Positions 1-7,790 of a stretch of 64,000 nucleotides of DNA are shown here, in pieces; position 1 is the first letter of the stretch, and every line of letters starts with the position of its first letter. The notes beneath the pieces are model-generated. The model did no database searches. It was not told the DNA's origin and worked only from the letters and a program-made list of their open reading frames with translations. This DNA comes from Candidatus Parcubacteria bacterium. GTDB lineage: Bacteria; Patescibacteriota; Minisyncoccia; UBA6257; HR35. The DNA is taken from contig BPJI01000001.1 in assembly GCA_026004535.1 (NCBI GenBank), positions 233,491 through 297,490 on the forward strand. The letters run 5' to 3'. The position numbers and the translations under genes were made by a program.

Positions 1-507
1 CCTAAAGGTGTGGCCTTGCTCTATGTTAGAAAAGGTGTTCCTTTAATTCGTCTTTTTTCAGGTTCAGAACATGAACATGAATTAAGAGCGGGGACTGAGG
101 CTGTGCCGTTGATTGTTGGTTTTGCCAAAGCAATGGAATTAGTCGAAAATGAAAAAGAAAAAATAAATGCTTATTTAAGCGAAATTAGAAATTATTTTAT
201 CGAAAAAATCAAATATTTTGATGGAAAAATAATCTTAAATACAATTCCTGAAATTTCTTCAGCTAAAATTTTAAATTTATATTTTCCAACAAGATCGAGT
301 CAAGATCTTTTAATTTATTTAGATAGTAAGGGCATTGCTGTTTCAGCTGGAACTGCTTGTAAATCAAGAGCCAATGAACCAAGTTATATTGTTAGTGATA
401 TTTATGGTAAAGAAAGAAGCAAAAATAGTTTGAGATTTTCTTTTGGTTTGACAACAACAAAAGAAGAGATAGATTATTTATTTGACTGTTTAAAAAATTT
501 TTTATAA
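1..507 (+). CDS. cysteine desulfurase (NifS/IscS family), C-terminal part; gene starts upstream of window
   Basis: Frame is open from base 1. Active-site loop SAGTACKS..EPSYIV and C-terminal RFSFG..T.EEIDY resemble the IscS/NifS C-terminus. Confidence 0.7.
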   Translation, partial: PKGVALLYVRKGVPLIRLFSGSEHEHELRAGTEAVPLIVGFAKAMELVENEKEKINAYLSEIRNYFIEKIKYFDGKIILNTIPEISSAKILNLYFPTRSSQDLLIYLDSKGIAVSAGTACKSRANEPSYIVSDIYGKERSKNSLRFSFGLTTTKEEIDYLFDCLKNFL

Positions 508-514
508 AATATTA

Positions 515-775
515 ATATAATTTACTACCCGGATTATAACCGGATATAATTACCCGGATTTAAATCAGATAGAGCTACCTGGATATAAACCGGATAATAC
601 TACCCGGATTTTTGCCGGATAAATTAGCCGGATGCAAACCGAATACAATTACCCGTATATAATCCGGATTTATCCGGTAATCATCCGGGTAAAATAATCC
701 GCTATTTATCCGGGTATATATATTTAATCCGGTGTTTATCCGGGTAGATATAATCCGGTGATCATCCGTGTAAAA
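515..775. repeat. CCGGAT-family palindromic tandem array (forward TACCCGGAT copies then reverse ATCCGGGTA copies, ~11-bp phase)
   Basis: Direct reading: about 11 forward copies (515-650) followed by about 9 reverse-complement copies (655-775). Intergenic between nifS-like and htrA-like genes. Confidence 0.9.
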
Positions 776-792
776 TAAGATATTATTTCAGC

Positions 793-2058
793 ATGAAAGA
801 TAAAAAAATTCTAATTATAATTTCAGTTTTGAGTTTGTTTTTAGTGGCGTCGTTAATTTATGCTCAATCAGATAGCCAAAGTTTTTTTAAAAATCTGCTC
901 GATTTATTATTAAAAAATATCCAATCAGCAAAAACGACATCAACTCAAGAAACAAAACCATCATTCTTCTTAAATCCAGCGCCAACTGTTTTTGATTTAG
1001 AATCAGCTGTCACTCAAATTGCTGAAAAATCTTCGCCAGCTGTTGTTAGTATTGTTATCAGTAAATATATTCCAATTGTTGAGAGATATTATTTTAATCC
1101 ATTTGAAGAATTTGAATTACCTCCAGAATTAAGGCCATTTTTTCAATTTGAATTTCAAGTACCTCAATATCGGCAAAAAGGCTATGAAAAACAAAAAGTT
1201 GGAGGTGGTACTGGTTTTATTGTTTCCAGTGATGGTTTGATAATAACTAATAAGCATGTTGTCTCTGATCCTAAGGCAGAATATACTGTTTATTTAAATG
1301 ATGGAAGAAAATTCAAGGCTGAAATTTTGGCTATCCATCCGACAGATGATTTAGCCTTAATTAAAATTAGGGCTAATAATTTATCAACTTTAGTCTTGGG
1401 TGATTCTGATAAAGTTAAATTAGGGCAATTTGTAGTTGCTATTGGTAATGCTTTGGGTGAATTTCAAAATACTGTTAGTTTTGGCGTTGTTTCAGGTTTG
1501 CGAAGATCAATTACTGCTTCTGATGAAAAAGGCAATGTTGAAAGACTAGAGGGTTTGATTCAAACCGATGCAGCCATTAATTTTGGTAATTCAGGTGGAC
1601 CATTGATTAATCTTAAAGGAGAAGTTATTGGAGTTAATACTGCCATTGCTAGCGGTGCTCAAAATATTGGATTTGCTATTCCGATTAATCGAGTCAAAAA
1701 AATGATTGATGAGATAAAAACTAAAGGAAAAATTGAAGTACCATTTTTAGGAGTCTATTATTTATTAGTTAATGAAGAAGTTCAGAAAAAATTTAATCTA
1801 CCAGTTGATTACGGTGCTTATGTTTATCGCGAAGGACAGACTGCTATTATTCCTAATTCGCCAGCAGAACTTTATGGTTTAAGAGATAAAGATATTATTC
1901 TAGAATTAGATGGTGAAAAAATAACGCCCCAAAATAGTTTAGGTCAAATAATAGTGAAAAAAAATGTTGGTCAAAAAGTTTTACTCAAAGTTTTAAGAAA
2001 TAACCAAACCTTAAATATCTATGTCATCCTTGGTTCCTTACCAAAAAATCTTCAATAG
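793..2058 (+). CDS. HtrA/DegP-family periplasmic serine protease with C-terminal PDZ domain
   Basis: N-terminal signal/TM segment. Trypsin-like catalytic triad contexts TNKHVV (His), DLALIKI (Asp), GNSGGPL (Ser). PDZ-like C-terminus. Confidence 0.85.
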   Translation: MKDKKILIIISVLSLFLVASLIYAQSDSQSFFKNLLDLLLKNIQSAKTTSTQETKPSFFLNPAPTVFDLESAVTQIAEKSSPAVVSIVISKYIPIVERYYFNPFEEFELPPELRPFFQFEFQVPQYRQKGYEKQKVGGGTGFIVSSDGLIITNKHVVSDPKAEYTVYLNDGRKFKAEILAIHPTDDLALIKIRANNLSTLVLGDSDKVKLGQFVVAIGNALGEFQNTVSFGVVSGLRRSITASDEKGNVERLEGLIQTDAAINFGNSGGPLINLKGEVIGVNTAIASGAQNIGFAIPINRVKKMIDEIKTKGKIEVPFLGVYYLLVNEEVQKKFNLPVDYGAYVYREGQTAIIPNSPAELYGLRDKDIILELDGEKITPQNSLGQIIVKKNVGQKVLLKVLRNNQTLNIYVILGSLPKNLQ

Positions 2059-2599
2059 TTAAAATATTTAAATTATAAAGAGCCTTTTCATATTCATGAA
2101 AAATAGTTAAATACTCATCTTCAGTTAAATTGATTTCTTCATTATTTTTCAGTTTTTCTTCAATAATTGTTACGATTTTATAGGCTTTTTTAATTTCTTC
2201 TAAATTAGGCAAAAATTCAATTGAAACTTTATTTAATTTTTCTTCCAATTTATCAGTATAACCAAAAACAGTCAAGACAAAATCAAAAAAATTATTAATT
2301 TCAATTAAGGCTTTATTTTTATCCTGATAAAAAATTTTTTTAATTTCTTCAAAATTCTTTTTTGGATTTTTTAAAAATTCAAAATCTTTCAGGTTTTTAA
2401 TTAATGTTTTCCAGTAATTAGTTTCATCTTTAGTCTCTTTTTCAATTTTTAACCAATAAAAAATCATTAAACCAGTGATTATTATTGAGAAGAAAAAGCC
2501 AAATGCTTTTAAAATTTCAACTGGTGTTTGGAATAAAAAGCGATTAATACCTTCAACCAATGAAAGAATTCTTCCAATTGTTAAATCAAAGATTGTCAT
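2024..2599 (-). CDS. hypothetical membrane-anchored protein
   Basis: 191-aa ORF with one N-terminal TM helix followed by K/E-rich helical region. No recognisable family. Confidence 0.3.
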   Translation of the reverse strand: MTIFDLTIGRILSLVEGINRFLFQTPVEILKAFGFFFSIIITGLMIFYWLKIEKETKDETNYWKTLIKNLKDFEFLKNPKKNFEEIKKIFYQDKNKALIEINNFFDFVLTVFGYTDKLEEKLNKVSIEFLPNLEEIKKAYKIVTIIEEKLKNNEEINLTEDEYLTIFHEYEKALYNLNILTIEDFLVRNQG

Positions 2600-2612
2600 C
2601 TTTTTAATTTTA

Positions 2613-2702
2613 ACGCAAACAGATGCGAACTATACGCTAACTTAATACGAACAATATCATTGTTCGCGTCAATTCGCGTCAAGTTCGCGTTAATTTCGCG
2701 AT
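2613..2702. repeat. GCGAAC/TTCGCG-family palindromic tandem array
   Basis: Forward copies acgcaaac/atgcgaac/tacgaac, centre aatatcattg, then reverse gttcgcgt x4. The right arm overlaps the last 8 codons of gatA. Confidence 0.85.
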
Positions 2703-4073
2703 CTCAATTTCTTTTAAAAATTTAAATAAGCTTTCTTCTTCAAATAAATTACCAATAATTTGAGCACCAACAGGCAAATTATTAACCCAACCAATATTAA
2801 AAGCTAAAGCTGGTAAATAGGCTAAATTAATTGGTACAGTAAAAATGTCTGATAAATACATTGACAGCGGATCAGTTGTTTTTTCGCCTAATTTAAATGG
2901 TAAAGTTGGCGAAGTCGGCATTAAAATTAAATCTACTTCTTTAAATGCTTTTTGGAAATCTTCATAAATAAATTTTCTTGTTTTTAAGGCTTTTAAGTAG
3001 TAAGCTTCATAATAACCATGGGATAGGACAAAAGTGCCTAATAAAATTCTTCTTTTAACTTCCTGACCAAAACCAAGCTCTCTTGAGTTCAAATATTTTT
3101 CTAAAAGATGATCGGTTTCATAACTTAGACCATAACGAATGCCATCATAACGAGCTAAGTTTGAACTTACTTCAGCAGTCATAATTAAATAATAAGTTGG
3201 TAGAGCATAGGGGAGAGATGGTAAAGATATTTTTTTAATTTCAAATTTTTCTTTTATTTTTTCTAAAAAATTTTCAAAAACATCTTTAACTTCTTTTTCA
3301 AGACCTAAACTAAAAACTTCTTCAGGAACACCTATTTTTCTAATTTCTTTTATTTTTTCAACATAATTTTGTGAAGTACTATCTAATTCATCCTTACCGC
3401 GGGTAATTCTAAAAACTAAAATTAAATCATCCAAATCTTTAGCTAATGGTCCAATTTGATCCAAAGAAGAGGCCATAGCAATTAAACCATATCGAGAAAT
3501 AGCTGAATAAGTTGGTTTTAAGCCATAAATACCGCAAAAACCAGCTGGTTGTCTAATTGAACCACCAGTATCAGAGCCTAAGGCAATTGGTACTAAACCA
3601 GCACCAACAACTGCGGCCGAACCTCCGGATGACCCCCCAGGAACTCTCGTTTGATCAAAAGGATTTAGGGTTTGAAAAAAAGCAGAATTTTCAGTTGAAG
3701 AACCCATAGCAAATTCATCTAAATTTGTTTTGCCAACAATAATTGCACCTGATTGTTTTAGTTTTTTAATCACAGTTGCATCATAAACAGCAGTATAATT
3801 TTCTAAAATTTTAGAACCAGCAGTACATTTTATACCCTCAACTAAAATATTATCTTTAATCGCAATCGGAATTCCCCACAATGGCAAATTTCTATCTTTA
3901 TTTTTTAATTCTTTAATAGTTTTATAAGCTAATTCTTCATTCAAAAACAAAAAACCTTTAATTTTTTTATCTTCCTCTTTTAAAAACTCAAAATAATGAT
4001 GATAAAAATCTTCCAGATCTGTTTCAGTTAAAATGTTCCTGATATCTTTAATTGTTAAATTTTTAAAGTTCAT
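2679..4073 (-). CDS. gatA: Glu-tRNA(Gln)/Asp-tRNA(Asn) amidotransferase subunit A
   Basis: Amidase signature GGSSGGSAAVV, Ser-cisSer-Lys context, length 464 aa. Confidence 0.85.
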   Translation of the reverse strand: MNFKNLTIKDIRNILTETDLEDFYHHYFEFLKEEDKKIKGFLFLNEELAYKTIKELKNKDRNLPLWGIPIAIKDNILVEGIKCTAGSKILENYTAVYDATVIKKLKQSGAIIVGKTNLDEFAMGSSTENSAFFQTLNPFDQTRVPGGSSGGSAAVVGAGLVPIALGSDTGGSIRQPAGFCGIYGLKPTYSAISRYGLIAMASSLDQIGPLAKDLDDLILVFRITRGKDELDSTSQNYVEKIKEIRKIGVPEEVFSLGLEKEVKDVFENFLEKIKEKFEIKKISLPSLPYALPTYYLIMTAEVSSNLARYDGIRYGLSYETDHLLEKYLNSRELGFGQEVKRRILLGTFVLSHGYYEAYYLKALKTRKFIYEDFQKAFKEVDLILMPTSPTLPFKLGEKTTDPLSMYLSDIFTVPINLAYLPALAFNIGWVNNLPVGAQIIGNLFEEESLFKFLKEIEIAKLTRT

Positions 4074-4990
4074 TTATTACTATTTAAAAATTTATTTACT
4101 TCTAAGGCAGCAATGATTCCTTGACCAACAGCAATGCCAATTTGTTTATGAGGAATATTAGTTACATCACCAGCAGCAAAAACCCCAGGCATATTTGTTT
4201 GACATAATTGATTAATAACAATTTCACCGTATTCATTTTTTATGCCCCAATTATCAGGTACGAAATCAGTATTTGCTTTTAAACCAATATGAATAAAAAC
4301 TCCGTCAACTTTTAAATCTTTAATTTTGCCACTGATTTTATCTAAATATTTTAAACCTTTAACAAATTCATCGCCATAAATTTCTTGGGTTAGAGCATTA
4401 TAAATAATTTCAACATTTGATTGTCTTTTTAATTCTTCAATTAAAACTTTGTCTCCTTTCATTTCTGGATTTTTATTAATGATATAAACTTTTTGACAAA
4501 TTCTTGAGCCCATAATTCCTCCTTCATTAGCAGAATTTCCTCCGCCAATTATTGCCACAACTTTATTGCGAAATAATGGAAGATCGCAAACATAACAGTA
4601 ACTTAAACCCTTATGATAAAATTTTTCTTCACCAGGAATATTTAATTTTTTCGGGCTTGAACCAGTGGCAATAATTATTGTTTTCGTTAAATACTCGTTT
4701 TTATTAGTTTTAACTTTAAAGATATTATTTTCTTTCTCCAGGGCAATAACTTTTTCATTAATTGGTGCAATTCCATATTTTTCCATATGTTCTTTAAATC
4801 TTTGTGTTAGTTCAACTCCATTTGTTTCAGGAAAGCCAGGATAATTTTCAACGATGCCTGAAAGTGCCATCTCTCCACCAATATCTTTAGCAATAATTAA
4901 AAAATTTCTGTTTTGTCTTTCTAAATAAATAGCGGCTGAAATACCAGCAGCCGAGGCACCAATAATAATTGAATCATAAATATTATTCAT
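4070..4990 (-). CDS. trxB: thioredoxin-disulfide reductase-like FAD/NAD(P) oxidoreductase
   Basis: GASAAGISAA FAD motif, redox CxxC (CYVC), second GGGNSA nucleotide motif, 306 aa. Confidence 0.75.
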   Translation of the reverse strand: MNNIYDSIIIGASAAGISAAIYLERQNRNFLIIAKDIGGEMALSGIVENYPGFPETNGVELTQRFKEHMEKYGIAPINEKVIALEKENNIFKVKTNKNEYLTKTIIIATGSSPKKLNIPGEEKFYHKGLSYCYVCDLPLFRNKVVAIIGGGNSANEGGIMGSRICQKVYIINKNPEMKGDKVLIEELKRQSNVEIIYNALTQEIYGDEFVKGLKYLDKISGKIKDLKVDGVFIHIGLKANTDFVPDNWGIKNEYGEIVINQLCQTNMPGVFAAGDVTNIPHKQIGIAVGQGIIAALEVNKFLNSNK

Positions 4991-5217
4991 CTTAAAGCTT
5001 CCATAATTTCTTCAGGTGAAAAACCAATAATAATTTTGCCTTCAATGTCAATAACTGGAACGCCATATTGCCCTGATTTTTCTACCATTTCATTTGCCCA
5101 CTCGTTATTTGTCTCAACATTTCTTTCCTCATATTCATAGCCCTGCTTTTTAAGGAATTCTTTTGTTGCTTGACACCAAGGACAATGGGTTGTTGTATAA
5201 ATAATTATTTTTTTCAT
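4987..5217 (-). CDS. glutaredoxin-like small thiol-disulfide protein (CPWC)
   Basis: 76 aa, CPWC active site near N-terminus. Translationally coupled to trxB. Confidence 0.6.
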   Translation of the reverse strand: MKKIIIYTTTHCPWCQATKEFLKKQGYEYEERNVETNNEWANEMVEKSGQYGVPVIDIEGKIIIGFSPEEIMEALR

Positions 5218-5855
5218 TTTAAAAGCTTGTTAAGGGTCGACTGAATTTGAGGAATATTTACGCCCTCAATTTTTTGACCATTAATAAAGAATGTTGGCGT
5301 ACCCTGAACACCGATGCTAATACCGTATTGAGTGTCATTTTGAACATCTTGAACATATTTATTATCATTTAAACATCTTTCAAAAGATGTTAGATCTAAG
5401 TTTAGTTCTTGAGCTAATTTAATTAAAATTTCCTTTTTAGCTATTTCTTCGCCAGTCATAAATTTTTTAAACGCCTCTTTGTTAAATTCCCAATATTTAT
5501 TTTGTTCATTAGCACAACGAGAAGCATTGTGAATAATTGTTGCTTGAGGATGAACAACAAAATCTCGAAAATATAAAACAACTTTTCCTTGTTGGATTAA
5601 TGGTTCTAATTGAGGATAAAGTTCTAAAACCGCTCGACCGCAGAATGGGCAGAGAAAATCACCGAATTCAATAATTTTAATTGGTGCTTGAGGATTACCT
5701 AATGGTGGTAAATTGCCTGAGTTTATTTCTTGAACAGATGTTGTTGGAACCGAAGGCAATTGAACTTTCGGACCTTTAGTTAGCAAAAAATAACCAGCGA
5801 CAATAATTAAAGTTACAATAATAACTGTTGGTAAATATCTATTTAAATTACTCAT
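5214..5855 (-). CDS. DsbA-like thioredoxin-fold thiol:disulfide interchange protein, membrane anchored
   Basis: N-terminal TM helix, CPFC active site, DsbA-like length. Confidence 0.65.
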   Translation of the reverse strand: MSNLNRYLPTVIIVTLIIVAGYFLLTKGPKVQLPSVPTTSVQEINSGNLPPLGNPQAPIKIIEFGDFLCPFCGRAVLELYPQLEPLIQQGKVVLYFRDFVVHPQATIIHNASRCANEQNKYWEFNKEAFKKFMTGEEIAKKEILIKLAQELNLDLTSFERCLNDNKYVQDVQNDTQYGISIGVQGTPTFFINGQKIEGVNIPQIQSTLNKLLK

Positions 5856-5906
5856 GATTAAAAATTTTTTAATCTCGACAAGTTTATTATAACATATAAT
5901 TTATTT

Positions 5907-7790
5907 ATGAGAGAAAAAATAAGAAATTTTGCCATAATTGCTCATATTGATCATGGTAAATCAACTTTAGCTGATAGATTTTTGGAAATTACTGGAACTG
6001 TAAGTAAAGATAAATTAGTGCCTCAATATTTAGATAGACTTTCTTTGGAAAGGGAAAAGGGAATAACAATAAAGATGCAGCCAGTAACAATGGAATATCA
6101 AGGCTATATTTTGAATTTAATTGATACTCCTGGTCATATTGATTTTAATTATGAAGTTTCAAGAGCCTTAGCCGCAGTTGAAGGAGTAATTTTACTCATT
6201 GATGGAACTCAAGGTGTTCAAGCCCAGACAATTCATAATTTAGAATTAGCAAAAAAACAAAATTTAGTTATTATTCCTGCGATTAATAAAATTGATTTAG
6301 AAATTCACAATTTAGATGATCTACTTGAAGATATTTATAGATTAACAGGCGAAAGAGAGGTATATTTAATTTCGGCTAAATTAGGAACAGGAGCCGAGGA
6401 ATTATTAAAAGCAGTAATTGAAAAAATTCCTTTCCCAAACGGTTGTGAAAATTACCCAGATATAAACCAGATAAAATTACCCGGATATAAACCAGATAAA
6501 ATTAGTTATCAGGGCGATAATATATCCGGTTCTCATCCGGGTAATACATCCGGTCAACATCTGGGTAATATAGCAGGCAAAGCATTAGTTTTTGATTCTC
6601 ATTTTGATTCTTATAAAGGAATAATTGCCCATGTTAGAATTTTTGAGGGTGAATTTAGAAAATTTCAGGAAGCTTATCTAAGGCAAGCAAAATATAAATT
6701 TAAGATTCTAGAAGTTGGAATTTTTAAACCAGAACTCGAAGAAAAGGAAAAATTAGAATCAGGAATGATTGGTTATCTGGCTACTGGGATTAAAGATCCG
6801 GGAATTTTAAAAATTGGTGAGACAATAACTTTTGATTTAGATACCGAACCACTTTCTGGTTATCAGGAACCAAAACCAGTTGTTTTTGCTTCTGTTTTCC
6901 CTTCAACTAATATTAGTTTTGAAAATTTTGAAAATAGTTTAAAGAAATTTCAATTACAAGATCCTTCAATCTATTTAGAAAAGACAAACTCGCCATTTTT
7001 GGGCAAAGGCTATAATGTTGGAGCAATGGGGCTACTTCATTTAGAAATTTTTGAACAAAGATTAAAAAGAGAATTCCAAACTGATATTATTTTAACTTTA
7101 CCTTCAATTAGATATAAAGCAGTTTTAAAAAATAATCAAGAAGTTTTTATTATTAATCCAAATGAAATTGATTTAGCCCAAGTTTTATATTTTGAAGAAC
7201 CATTTATTGAAGTTGAAATATTTACGCCAATAACTTACAGTGAAAATATTTTTAGTTTAATTAGAAATTCAAGAGGAATAATAAAAAATCAAGTAGTTGA
7301 AGGAAGTTTTTTAAAAATTGTTACTGAAATGCCCTTAGAGGAATTAATTTCGGGATTTTATGATGAATTAAAATCAGTTTCTTCTGGTTATGCTTCATTA
7401 AGATGGCAATTTTTGGATTACCGAAAATCTGATTTAGTTAAATTAGATATTTTAATTGCTGAACAAACGGAGTCAAGCCTTTCAAGGATTATTCATCGAG
7501 ATAAGGCTGAAAAAATTGGCAGAAAAATTCTTTTAGAATTAAAAGAAAATTTGCCCCGAGAAGAATTTGCGATTAAATTACAAGCAGCAATTAATAATCG
7601 AATCATTGCCCGAGAAACTATTCCTGCTTTAAGAAAGGATGTTGCTGGTTGGCTTTACGGTGGTGATCGAACAAGAAAAATGAAATTATGGCAAAAACAA
7701 AAAGAAGGTAAGAAAAAATTACAAGAATTAGGCAAGGGTAAAGTAAAAATTCCTAATGATGTTTTATTAAAAATTTTAAAAGTTCGATGA
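5907..7790 (+). CDS. lepA: translation elongation factor 4 (LepA) carrying a ~40-aa in-frame repeat-derived insertion
   Basis: GTPase motifs AHIDHGKST, DTPGH, NKID. LepA C-terminal domain present. Residues ~185-228 are encoded by a CCGGAT-family array. Confidence 0.9.
   Translation: MREKIRNFAIIAHIDHGKSTLADRFLEITGTVSKDKLVPQYLDRLSLEREKGITIKMQPVTMEYQGYILNLIDTPGHIDFNYEVSRALAAVEGVILLIDGTQGVQAQTIHNLELAKKQNLVIIPAINKIDLEIHNLDDLLEDIYRLTGEREVYLISAKLGTGAEELLKAVIEKIPFPNGCENYPDINQIKLPGYKPDKISYQGDNISGSHPGNTSGQHLGNIAGKALVFDSHFDSYKGIIAHVRIFEGEFRKFQEAYLRQAKYKFKILEVGIFKPELEEKEKLESGMIGYLATGIKDPGILKIGETITFDLDTEPLSGYQEPKPVVFASVFPSTNISFENFENSLKKFQLQDPSIYLEKTNSPFLGKGYNVGAMGLLHLEIFEQRLKREFQTDIILTLPSIRYKAVLKNNQEVFIINPNEIDLAQVLYFEEPFIEVEIFTPITYSENIFSLIRNSRGIIKNQVVEGSFLKIVTEMPLEELISGFYDELKSVSSGYASLRWQFLDYRKSDLVKLDILIAEQTESSLSRIIHRDKAEKIGRKILLELKENLPREEFAIKLQAAINNRIIARETIPALRKDVAGWLYGGDRTRKMKLWQKQKEGKKKLQELGKGKVKIPNDVLLKILKVR
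6450..6580. repeat. CCGGAT-family palindromic array embedded in-frame in lepA
   Basis: attacccagat/attacccggat forward copies then atccggttct/atccgggtaat/atccggtcaa reverse copies. No stop codon in the lepA frame. Confidence 0.85.

Noticed and set aside
515-775. CRISPR array interpretation of the repeat loci
   Set aside because: Repeat units are only 7-10 nt with 2-6-nt variable gaps. Copies switch to the reverse complement halfway through each locus, forming one long palindrome. There are no uniform 25-40-nt spacers, no leader and no cas genes.
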